Shown here: piece by piece, positions 10,484-22,214 of the stretch
Numbering within the stretch: position 1 is the first letter of the stretch
Layout of the letters: each line of letters begins with the position of its first letter
Assembly: GCA_964106645.2 (NCBI GenBank)
Contig: OZ067054.1
Length of the DNA stretch: 64,000 bases
Strand: one strand, 5' to 3'
Source of the DNA: Podarcis pityusensis
Lineage: Eukaryota
Translations under genes and position numbers: made by a program
Notes under the pieces: generated by a model
Told to the model about the DNA's origin: nothing
Databases searched by the model: none
The model's input: the letters and a program-made list of their open reading frames with translations, nothing else

Positions 10484-13400
10484 TTTTTTAAAAAAATAAT
10501 ATTTATTAAAGTTTCAAAAGAAGAAAAATCACATTAATAAGAAAATTAACAATAAAAAGGAAAAATACAAAGTACAAAAAAGAAAAAACAGTTAAAAACA
10601 ATTCCATCTTTTCATCACTTCTTTTACGTTTACTTGTTTACCGGACCTCCTCATACCTCCCTCTTTTGTATTCCAGTTCATTTTTTTTTTAAATCATATT
10701 TATTAGAATTTCCAATAATATAGAAAAATAACAGAAAGAAAAAAAAATAGAATACATTTAGAACCTTACTTTCATTATCTTCTTTCTGGGACTCCCTCCT
10801 CCCCCCCCCCCCGACTATATTCCCCTTTCATTAATTTGGTTCCACAAGCTCTCACTCCCAATTTAAAACTTAATATGTTTAACCCATTAACCAATTTAAA
10901 TTATACAATTTTATCATCATCCCTCATCATTAACAGAAAAAGAAAAAAGATTTTTCCCCAAGATCAACCCCAATTTCCTTCCACGAATTCCCTTTTTTTT
11001 TAACATGCCAAATCATAATACCATGATATACAAAAGTTATATAAAAAAATAAAAGATAAAAAGTATAAAAAGGTTCAGACAGATAGTTACATTAGCCTTT
11101 GGATTCCAAAACTCCCCCTTCCCTTCCCCGGTTTGAATTCCACATGTCCATCAGTCTATATGTTGTCAGCCTGGAGATCTCAAGTCCATGGCCAGATTTT
11201 TCCCATTCCACCTTGCCGGTTTTCTTTTAATTTGTTTATTTTAATAATGTTTAACTTCAAAAATCCAGTCTAATAGATGCCTTTAGTTTCCTTGGTCTTT
11301 GCTGCTCCTCCCATTATTCTTTCCGTGTCGTAGTTAGTCCTTTGTTCTTTTTATTCCTTACTTTCTCAGGTTTCTTGTCTTGTTCAGCTGCTAAAACTTT
11401 CTTATTCCGAAATCTGGTATCTTTACAGAGGTTTGTTGTTCAGGAACAAAAACTTACGTCCAGTCCCTTCCTTTCTTCAATAGAAAATTCTATTGTCTCC
11501 TTTTAATGTAAACACCTCTGTAGACAAAATACTATTTCAGTTTTGCAGCTTTCCCAGAAGATAAGTCCTGTACGAATCCCAGAGTGATTTTCCACATACG
11601 ACCACTTGTAATGTCCCGAAACCCCTCTAGGGGGATTGTAGTAACTTTATATCCTCTAATCCAAAAGTCAAATTGTTGTTCCTTATTTTCCGACAGTTTA
11701 TATCCATATTGTGTCAAATTGTAACAGAATTAGCCAGCAAAGTCCTTGTAACAAAGTCCTCTTTATATTCTCCAGCTTTGACAGCTACTTTGACAGCTGT
11801 CAAAGTCTCCGTCTCTCTTCGCCAGGTTCTACGAATCGCCCCGGTTCCCAGGGGGGGTTGCATTTTCCCTCTCACCCTCCACTCTTCTCCTCCAGCACAA
11901 TTCTTGTAATTTCCCTTCGTGGAATTAATGATTTTTGTCAGCAATAAACTTCTCTTTCGATCTTGGTTACCCAGTCCTTGTTTTAGAATGTTTACAATCG
12001 GGGGGGGGGACTGACTTCCTTTTTAGATCCCCCCCGCTCGTGCCGAATCCGAAAAAAAATTTCTTTTTCTTCTCCTTTTGTACCCGGTTTCCCAATTACT
12101 CACGGGTTGTTGTTGATAGTCCGAATTTCCAATGGAAGAAGTCAGCGCTCTCCGTCGAATGGCATGCGGCTGCGCTCGGCAGGGGAAGCAATGGACTCAA
12201 AGCACCACGCCACTCCCCGGCACCCGATCCGAAGCCTTTAAAAAGGCTCCTTCACGAGTCGGGAGGGCGCTAGCGGTGCCAGCCGAGTCCCCATGTCCAC
12301 GGGCTCCGTGCCCGTGGTTTTTGAGGGTCCCCGCGTCGCCGGCACGGTAGGACCCAGCCCCTGCCGAGCAGACTCCCTCCGGAGCTCGGAGGGAGTCCGC
12401 CATTCGGCGATGGCGCCAACCCGGAAGTCCCCTCTTTTGTATTCCAGTTCAATTTGTTAATCCAACAATTCCTTTCCCTCCTTTTTAATCCTAATCTTTA
12501 ATCTTGATATATTATAACATTAAATTTTTACATATTAAAAACCAATTTTTCCATATTCTTTTATACCAGTACAGCTAGAAACCACTTAACTTCAATCCAA
12601 CATCATTCTAACATTCATTAATTTTGCAATATTTCTGTAAATAGTCTTTAAATTTCTTCCAATCTTCTTCCACCGACTCTTCTCCCTAGTCTCGGATTCT
12701 GCCAGTCATTTCCTCCAATTCCATGTAATCCATCAATTTCATCTGCCATTCCTCCAGTGTGGGTAAGTCTTGTGTCTTCCAATGCTTTGCAATAAGTATT
12801 CTTGCTGCTGTTGTAGCATACATAAAGAAAGTTCTGTCCTTTTTTAACACCGATTGGCCGACTATGCCCAGGAGGAAGGCCTCTGGTTTCTTCAAGAAGG
12901 TATATTTAAATACCTTTTTTAGTTCATTATAAATCATCTCCCAGAAAGCCTTAATCCTTGGGCACGTCCACCAAAGGTGAAAAAATGTACCTTCAGTTTC
13001 TTTACATTTCCAACATTTATTATCAGGCACATGGTAGATTTTTGCAAGCTTGACTGGGGTTATGTACCACCTGTATATCATTTTCATAATATTTTCTCTT
13101 AAGGCATTACATGCCGTAAATTTCATACCTGTGGTCCACAATTGTTCCCAGTCAGCAAACATAATATTATGTCCAACGTCTTGTGCCCATTTAATCATAG
13201 CAGATTTCACCATTTCATCCTGAGTATTCCATTTCAGCAGCAAGTTATACATCTTTGACAAAATCTTAGTTTTGGGTTCTAACAATTCTGTTTCTAATTT
13301 TGATTTTTCCACCTGGAAGCCAATTTTCTTGTCCAAATTGTATGCCTCCATTATCTGATAATAATGAAGCCAGTCTCACACTTTATTTTTTAATTTTTCA

Positions 13401-14138
13401 AAACTCTGCAGTTTCAATCTATCTCCATCTTGTTCCAAAATTTCCCAATATTTCGGCCAATTGACCTCCATATTAAGCTTTTTCAGAGCTTTCGCTTCCA
13501 TCGGTGACAGCCACCTTGGGGTTTTATTTTCCAATAAATCCTTATATTTTATCCAAACATTAAACAATGCTTTCCTAACAATATGGTTTTTAAATGCTTT
13601 ATGTGCTTTGACCTTATCATACCACAAATATGCATGCCATCCAAATACATTGTTAAAACCTTCTAAATCCAAAATGTCAGTGTTTTCAAGGAGCATCCAT
13701 TCTTTCAACCAGCAAAAAGCTGCGGATTCATAATAAAGTTTGAGGTCTGGCAGGGCAAATCCACCTCTTTCCTTTGCATCTGTTAATATTTTGAATTTTA
13801 TTCTGGGCTTCTTGCCCTGCCAGACAAATCTAGAAATATCTCTCTGCCACCTCTTGAAACAGTCCATTTTGTCCACAATTTGCAATGTTTGAAACAAAAA
13901 CAACATTCTAGGCAATACATTCATTTTAACTGCAGCAATACGGCCCAACAGTGAAAGCTTCAAATTTGACCAAATTTCTAAATCTTTTTTCACTTCAGCC
14001 CAACATTTTTCATAGTTATCTTTAAATAAATTCCCATTTTTTGCTGTCATGATAATCCCCAGGTATTTAACTTTCTTAACCACTGTTAAACCTGTCTCAT
14101 TCTGAAACCTCTCTCTCTCTATTGGTGTTAAATTTTTC
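10484..14138 (-). mobile_element. 5'-truncated L1 (LINE-1 clade) retrotransposon, ORF2 C-terminal part plus 3' UTR, interrupted by a nested insertion
   Basis: ORFs 14083-13376 and 13351-12686 are one frame split by a single TGA. Motifs VKYLGI, LSLLGRIAAVKMNVLPR, KERGGFALPDLKLYY and the CWKC..FFHLWWTC zinc knuckle. AATAAA plus A-rich tail; 17-bp TSD CCTATACACAGTTTCTC at 10467-10483 and 14139-14155. Confidence 0.93.
10681..12429 (-). mobile_element. Nested non-autonomous L1-type retroelement, ~1.75 kb
   Basis: 22-bp TSD CCCTCTTTTGTATTCCAGTTCA (10659-10680 and 12430-12451); poly(A) with AATAAA at the 3' end; CpG-rich 5' end GACTTCCGGGTTGGCGCCATCGCCGAATGGCGG; no RT ORF. Confidence 0.85.
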
Positions 14139-14513
14139 CCTATACACAGTTTCTCATGCAGGAAGTGTGTGGTGTATGAAGTGAAAGATGGAGCCTAATC
14201 TTAACAGTAAAGCGCCTAAAAGAGACACATTGAAACTGCAGACGGGGTTCTGATTGAGTCAGTGACCACAAATCACATGTGGAAATCAGGAGGCACATAC
14301 ATATTATGCCTGGTGGAGAGAAATAATTTGTAACCAGCTTAAAGGAGGTAAGTCTGAAACAAAAACCATATTTTCTCCATCTCCCCAATTTGTTGAGAGG
14401 CCTCCAGCAGTTTGAGAAGCATAAGTGCCACAGGAGTTTAAATTTCCATTCTCCCAGGAGCAAAGGCAGTAGCAGGGAAGATACAGCAGGGCACTGAACT
14501 AAATGCTATTTAG

Positions 14514-14841
14514 CATACCCTCCAATATTTATCCAATAAAAATAGGGACATCCCACTCCGTAATGATAATTTCACTATTTATACCCCACACATCTGATTG
14601 GGTTGCCCCAGCACTCTTGGGCAGCTTCCAACATATATAAAAAACATAATAAAACATTAAACATTTAAAGCACTTCCTTATACAGGATTGCCTTCAGACG
14701 GCTTGGGGATAGCTCCATACTCTCCAACGAAAATAGGGACATCCTAAGCAAAAGTGGGACATTCTGGGATCAAATCATAAACCGGGACAGCTTCTCTAAA
14801 TCAGGGACATCCCTGGAAAATAGAGATACTTGGAGGATCTG
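14514..14841. mobile_element. Degraded hAT-like MITE(s) with GGGACA subterminal motifs
   Basis: CATACCCTCCAA ... TTGGAGGATCTG imperfect TIRs; second internal left end at ~14716. Confidence 0.5.
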
Positions 14842-15145
14842 AATTAGTGAATGCTATCATAGAAACATCATCCAGTTATTTAGGAGTGAACTTATATAGA
14901 CAAACCTTATTAATGCTGAGGTACATACCAACCAACAAAAGATGTATCCACAATCCATTTCTGGCTTTGCTTTATGAAGCCATCTAATTTTACCCACAAA
15001 GAGTGTTGCAGGGCAGGTGCCAGTAATGGAAGCCCTGACATCTTTTTTTTCTGGTGGAGTTTCTCTCTCTCAACAGCTGCCAGAAAAACAGAAGTTCCAC
15101 AGGTGGAGCTTTCAGCAGCGTTGAGAGGCAATGAGGAGAAAATAT

Positions 15146-15646
15146 TGTGGTGCGACCACAAGTGCCCCAAGTCTCCCAAGTTCTTGTTTCGTGTTAAGAA
15201 GGAACCTGGATCTAGAAGAATGGGATATGTACCTACTTGCATTGGAGAGAATAGGGCTATCATCCCCGCCTCACCTGTTCTGCCTTTATTCCTGAAATAA
15301 GAATATTGAGGGGTCCCTTCAAAGGGTTCAGTTTCTAAAGGAAGACCCAACCTTCGGAGAGAGCATACCTTTTAAGGCTCAAACCGGTCAGGAAATGAAC
15401 AGCGACGAGACCAGGATACTCCTGTAATCTGATCCACACCATCTCCTGCCCTACGGAGGGTTACGGAGTCAATTGCCCTTCCACCCCACTTCAGAATGGG
15501 ATCTGACTTTGAGGGTTCCAACCAGGGTGTCTGGTGCTCCACCATCACCAGCGCCTAAGGATAAAGTTCCTTCAGCCCTCCAACCCAATGTTCTGTGCAC
15601 GCCTACATGCAGACTTTCCTGATCATTGTTTCTTCTCGTAACCACA
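15146..15646 (-). mobile_element. Possible solo LTR
   Basis: TGTGGT..ACCACA inverted termini, 501 bp; minus-strand TATA-like CTTAAAAG followed by AATAAA; no clean TSD. Confidence 0.3.
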
Positions 15647-16106
15647 ATCCAAAGATCCCCCGATCAGGGATAGCCAATGTGGTGCCCTCCAAGTGTTGCT
15701 TCCACCATCCTTAGACAGCATGGCTTGTGGTCAGGGATGATGGGAGTTGTAGTCCTGCAACATCCAGTGGGGATCACTTTGGCTACTCCTGATGCAGATG
15801 CAAACACTTCAACTTGAAGTGATATATGCAGTTCTTCGCTATTGCCACCAGGTGTCTCTCTGAAACTGAATAAAGTGGATAGGATGGGTCTGGAAATGGG
15901 CTGGTCCAGATGTATTGGGACCCAAGATAAAACATCCACTACAATGAAGGAGTGGGCATTGTTCTTGCACAACTCCTGTTCATCTCTGTGGGGATTCAGC
16001 TATGGATTTGTGCTCCGTGGGTCAGATGGGGCTGTCCATCGCGTTAGTGGCACCCAAACTCTAATGCCCCAGCTGACCCCTTAGTCAGGTTGCTAAAATA
16101 GTGAGG

Positions 16107-16816
16107 AATCATAGAATCATAGAATCATAGAGTTGGAAGAGACCACAAGGGCCATTGAGTCCAACCCCCTGCCAAGCAGGAAACACCATCAGAGCACTCC
16201 TGACATATGGTTGTCAAGCCTCTGCTTAAAGACCTCCAAAGAAGGAGACTCCACCACACTCCTTGGCAGCAAATTCCACTGTCAAACAGCTCTTACTGTC
16301 AGGAAGTTCTTCCTAATGTTTAGGTGGAATCTTCTTTCTTGTAGTTTGGATCCATTGCTCCGTGTCCGCTTCTCTGGAGCAGTAGAAAACAACCTTTCTC
16401 CCTCCTCTATGTGACATCCTTTTATATATTTGAACATGGCTATCATATCACCCCTTAACCTCCTCTTCTCCAGGCTAAATATGCCCAGCTCCCTTAGCCG
16501 TTCTTCATAAGGCATCGTTTCCAGGCCTTTGACCATTTTGGTTGCCCTCCTCTGGACACGTTCCAGTTTGTCAGTGTCCTTCTTGAACTGTGGTGCCCAG
16601 AACTGGACACAGTACTCCAGGTGAGGTCTGACCAGAGCAGAATACAGTGGCACTATTACTTCCCTTGATCTAGATGCTATACTCCTATTGATGCAGCCCA
16701 GAATTGCATTGGCTTTTTTAGCTGCTGCGTCACACTGTTGGCTCATGTCAAGTTTGTGGTCAACCAAGACTCCTAGATCCTTTTCACATGTACTGCTCTC
16801 AAGTCAGGTGTCACCC
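16107..16816 (-). mobile_element. Young 5'-truncated CR1 LINE
   Basis: Intact ORF2 C-terminus ([62 protein letters not shown]) and (ATTCTATG)n tail. Confidence 0.95.
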
Positions 16817-19635
16817 AAAACTAGGCTGCTAGTTAGAACTGAGGACCTGCTATGGCTGACTGGTGTCCATTGGGAATGGTAGGGTGGGAGCCCAACAGTA
16901 GGTGGTGCCAGAGAACCCACAACTGGCAGAGACAACTCCTAGTCCCGTCCCCCCCCCATCCTTCTCCCTGTGGAGTGTGCAAGGAGCAATGCTGGGACTA
17001 AGGAGGGGAAACCTGGCAGGCAGTCCCGCCCCCTGGAGAGGCTGGGAGTGGGAAGGGAGGGCAGGTGGGTGTTGATGGAGGTTGTTGGGGCAGTGCCCCA
17101 TTCCCCTAACAGATCAGCCTCTGCTAGGGCCTGTGTTTGCAGAATTACTGGGAGTGGGAATTAATGGTGGGGGCAGGGCAGGCAAGCCAGTTGCTGGGTC
17201 TCAGGCTGCATAAGCACCAAACATTTAAAGCACAAAAAAGAATCCCAGGACTCGGTCCAGGACTCTGTGAAGGATGCATAATGGTGGCATGGCAGCTAGT
17301 AAAAGTGCTGTTATTGTCACCAGAGCCACGGAGGGGAGAACCAAGTTAGTTGCTCCGGGTGAAGCCTCCAGAGGGTGCCACTGAGGTTCTCAGCTTGCGT
17401 GTGACCGCAAATGCACATGGGAGGGTGCCACAACAGCAACACCCCTTAAGAAAAGAAGAGAAAGGAACTGTGTGAAAAAAGTAAAGGAACAGTTCCACGG
17501 CCACTGCTAATGACAAGTCCTACACCTGAGAAAATGTGGGAGGATTTCTCTGTCTCCTGGAGAATTAAGTAAAATCTACCCCACCCCAAAAAAAGTTCTC
17601 TGCCCACAACTGGGATTGAGAAATTTGAGAGACCCTTGGCCACAGCTCCATTTAGAAGTCTTCCCAACCATACAATCAAAAACCAGAAGATGCAAGGAAA
17701 ATTACCCTTTTATTACTTAAAAAGAAAAAACCCCATACAGCAGAGTGGCACAGGACATGTTGTTAGGTGCCAACTAATCTCTGTGTTAATTATTCTTGAC
17801 TAGGCGTCCTGAATCCTGTTTTGGCGCCCAGTTCTTTGTTCAGAGTCCCATCTTCCCAGAATAGGTCTCCTTTTCCTTAATCCTTTAATTCAACACTGTT
17901 ATTTATGAGAAGGGGAATAAATCACAGCCTTCTTTTCGCTCCTGAAAATGGACTTTTATGGCTTTTGACGGGGTTGGGTTTCTGCTGCCCTTAGATGGCG
18001 AGGAGCGATTGCCATTAACCCTTGCCTTGCAGGGGTGAGAGAGGTTGTAGCGGGTGGGGAGGGTCCTTTGTGGCTGGGCGGAAACTCCCCAAAGGCCAGC
18101 AGCTCCAGCTAAGGGCATCTGAAGGAATGTGGCTTCTCAGGGTTTGTCAGGAGGAGACTGAAGGATGTTTTCTTTTCTGCACATTTCGAAGCACAAACTG
18201 GTTGTGGTTTGCTTTGCTTTCTATATATATATATTTAAATGCTTTTAGAACCCCATCTGCATTTCTGTTTTATCTTAAAAGTCTTCTGGTGTGGTGGAGG
18301 AGAATGGATACGACGAGTCAGGGTTTTAGGAATTTTTGAAAACCAAGAGCTTTGTAACTTGCATTCAAGTTTTGCATTTCCTTGTTCAGATCCTTTTTAA
18401 GAAAAAAATATTTTGTAGGCTTTTGAAGCTTAGACACCAGAGTTTTGGTTTTAGGAATTAAACAACAATAACTACGTAACTTTCATGCAGTTTTGTCTTT
18501 CCTTCCTCAGATTCTTTAAGAAAAATGCCCTTTCGCCTATGATGGTTTACAGCCCACTGATAATGTCTTGCAGCACAAACCCAACTGTGTCTACTGAGAA
18601 GTAAGTCCTATTGAATTCAGTGGGCTTACTCCCAGGCAAGTAGGGTTATGATTGCCGTTGTCCCTTGGCTCCTTGTAACTTGTGGTACAACAGTCTACAT
18701 GTCTGTCAGTCTAGAGAAGGAAGAATGTGGCTCTGACCTGCTTTCCAAGGAATTGGCTTCTTTAAATAGAGCATTGTTCTTCTGCAGGGGACGTTGCCTC
18801 TTTTGCTGGGAATGAACTGCAACCATTTCATCATGACATCACAGGGGAAGAGGAGCAGAGTGTTGCTTGATCCAGAGCCAGGAGATCATGCTTTTGACTC
18901 AGATCTCTCAGGTCCGAGCTCAGCTTCTAGTTTAGCCATGGACTCACTGGGTGTGCTCAAGTATTTAAGTCTCTGTTATCCATCTGTAAAATGGGCATTG
19001 CCTGCAGATGTTGGGCACAATGAGATCACCTACATAAATGTGCTCGCTCCTCTATCAGCATGTGCAGACCATCTTTTGAACCTAACCTTTAACCTTTTGC
19101 CCTCCGCTAAACCTGGAGAGCTTATATACCAACACTGAATGCTGAACCAACCCTGAATTTGCTGGCTGTAGATCCTAACGTAACCAGAACAGCACCTTCT
19201 GCACAGAGGGAGGTGTCAGTGGGTTTGGGGGAACCCCAAAGGTTTGTGGAAGTGCAAACAATTATTTTGTTAGAAATCTCTAAGGGGTGATGAAGCCAAT
19301 CCAGTGCTCGTGCTACGGCACCTCTCCTGCGCTGCCCTCCCTGCGGCCTTACCCTTCTCCCTCCAGTAAGCTCAGGGAGGTGGCTGATGAGAGACCAGGG
19401 GCCACTGTACCCCTTTCTGCCAGCCACCCTTGCCCCCAAACAGCCCAAGCTCCACTGAGCATGCTCAGTGACCGCAGAATGCCATCAGACTGCTGGCAAA
19501 AATGGAAAGCTCAGGAGGGGAGAAACTCTGAACAGCAGTATTCCATGCTGCAAAACTTTGTTGCAGGTTCCGCTTTTTTAAAACTAATGTTGGCCCACCA
19601 TTTTGGCATGCACGCCTCAGAGAAGGTCTGAAGTG

Positions 19636-19810
19636 GGGACAGGGCTATGGCTCAGAGACCGAGAACATGTGTTGCATGCGGAAGGCTCTAGATGCAGACA
19701 ACCAAGTAGCTGGTGGTAGAGAATCAGGCCCCTCGCTGCCAAAGTACTGGATAGCTGCTGGTGCCAGTCAGAGTAGGTAATACTGGGCTCAATGGACTAT
19801 GGTTGCTTCT
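19636..19810 (+). mobile_element. Degenerate tRNA-derived SINE (Squam3-like)
   Basis: gggctatggctcag..gcatgcggaagg head; gccagtcagagtag..tactgggctcaatggac tail. Confidence 0.5.
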
Positions 19811-21425
19811 ACACTGTACCTTTAGAGCACATTATTTCCCTCAAAGAATTTTGGGCGCTGTAGTTTGTTAAGGGTTTCTTGGAATTGTAACTCTGACGGA
19901 TAAACCACAGCGGCCAAATCCCTTCTGAGGAACAGAGTGGGTTTTAAAGGTCAGTGTGCACACAGCCAAATGGCCTGGTATCTAAGGAGGGTATAAAGCA
20001 CAAACCAAGTCCTGTGAGGGACCTGGCCCCTGTTCCTTGGGGTGCTTTGCCTCTCTAGTCATGGCCGGCCCACCCATGAGGCCGACTGAAGAGGTTGCCT
20101 CGGGAGGCAGAATCCCAGTGTGGTGGGGCCCCACTGGAGAAGCGGGGAGAAATGGCTGCAGCGTTGGCTTCTGGTGAGATTTGGGCAGAACCCGCAAGCT
20201 GCTGTCACACCACCTCAGTAAGCGAGGCTTTGGCGGTGGAGGCCGGCCCCTTCTGCTTCGCCTCAGGCAGCGAAATGGGACGGGTCAGTCTGGCCTCCCG
20301 TGCACTGAGCCGAGTCAAGAGGGCCAGGCCACAGTGCAAGCCTGGCCTCATGCTGGAACCAGGCCTACACCTCCACCGTCTCCCATGTGGGCACGGCGCA
20401 TGTCCCGGGGTGCCACACTGCATATGAAATGGCACCCTCAACTGTCCCCTTGGAGGGAGAACTTCAGCAGTTGCCACTTGTCCCCCAGTGCGGAGAACCC
20501 GGTGGCCGTGCATGCTGCTCTTAAAGGCCAAAGCGAAAGCCCATCTGGGATCTCTGGGGCAGCAGTGGCAAGAGATTGGTTTGTGAAGGGGGTGTGGGTG
20601 CTGCGGTTTGCTTACAGCTGTCCAGAGGAAGTATCTTGTTCCTCCATTTCCACAAGACCGGCTGAAATTGTCCAGCTGTTTGAAAAAATCTAGGCAGCAG
20701 GTCCGGGGAAGGCCAGGGGTTGTGGTTGTGTGTCTGCATATGTGTGAGAGAGAACAAGGACACTAACGAGAGAAATCCTGCCCAGCTGGTGGCATCGGGG
20801 TCCAAGAACAAGGGCTTAATGCAGTGGAACGCCCCTCCTCCTGGCATGAACTGCAGCCGGAAAGGCAGGCGAGAGGTGCTGCCTTCCAAGCCAAGTGCTC
20901 CGCTTGCCAGAGGGAGCGATGCCCAAAGAAGGGAATATCTGAGCTGTGGAGCATCGCTCTCCAGGATGCTCCTGAGCCGCTGCCCTGGGTGCCAGCATCG
21001 CTTCTGTGCCAAGCCAGCCAAGACGTCCCAGGAGAGCTAAACCCTAAGCTCACCTTGGCCTCTCTTAAGCTCTGACAGCCATTATTAGCAGGCTGCACAA
21101 ATCCATGGCGCGAGGGGTCTGGGACTGGCGCCATCAGAGCTCGAGTCAGGCCTGCCGCGGAAGCAAGCGAGGGGGCACCCAAGGAAAGGGTCCGTCTGCA
21201 GGAGGCATCAGCGGGGCAGAGACTAGGGCTGTGCACATTTAAAGCACATGCCTTCCCCTCCAAAGAATTCTGGGAACTGTAGTGTACCCTTCACGGAGCT
21301 ACGAATCCCAGCAACCCTGAACAAACTGTCTCTCGGGATGCTTTGGGGGTCACGTTTTTTAAAGTTGCTTTAAATGCAGGATGTATGCAGCCTAGCATTC
21401 CGATGCACAAACAATACCTCTAAAT

Positions 21426-22214
21426 TAAGGTTACCAGATTTTTTTCAAAGAATCTAGGGACAGTTTTTTTTAAAAAAAGGAGAAAAAAAAATATTAAAAA
21501 AATATTTTTTTAAAAAGAGAAGTAGTATCTTCTCTTCTGTGGTCTCCTCTGTTGCGCAGCCTTCCTCTGGGCCTCAGCCTGCTGTCTTGGAGTGCTAGCT
21601 GCCATGGAGAAGGCTCGGGTCAGGCCTGGGCTCGGCCATGTGCCCTTGCCCTCCCGGTGCTCTCCTGCCTCCTCCTCATGGCAGCGGCACGGCAAGGTCA
21701 GGGCTCTCCTCTATTTTCTCCTTCCTCTTCCTTCTCCTCTCCTCCTTCTCCCTGCATCGGCTCTGCGTTTTTACTGGCCCCGGAGCGCCGCTGGGCAGTC
21801 AGCCGGTTGGCTGGGCGCTCTGGCTCCCGGCTTGATTTGGGTCGCGGGGTGTGTGTGTCAGCAGTTCCCTCAGTTGACGCGCTGGGTGTCCCCAGTTCCC
21901 CCTCGGTGGTGGCAGTGCTTCTCAGCAGCCTGGAGCCAGCCTGGTAGCGCAGTTGGCTCTGGCTGGCTTCAGGAGCTGTTCGCTGCCATGGTGCCCGCCA
22001 TTTTGCCTCGCCGGAAATCCCCATATGATGTGTCTTATGCCATAGAACCAATCACACAACATTCATTGCCTACTAATAAATCTACAACATTTAAAATATA
22101 AATCCGGGGACATTAGATGAAATCCGGGGACATTCTGGGGATGGATTTTGTCCGGGGACAGATTTGTAAATCCGGAGACTGTTCCCGGGAAAATGGGGAC
22201 GTCTGGTAACCATA
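21426..22214. mobile_element. hAT (Blackjack-like) non-autonomous DNA transposon, 789 bp
   Basis: TIRs TAAGGTTACCAGA / TCTGGTAACCATA; perfect 8-bp TSD CTCTAAAT (21418-21425 and 22215-22222); repeated CCGGGGACA subterminal motifs. Confidence 0.88.

Noticed and set aside
14974-15060. Peptide MKPSNFTHKECCR faintly like IDH3G IMKLGDGLFLQCCR
   Set aside because: Similarity too weak; no splice sites or neighbouring IDH3G exons.
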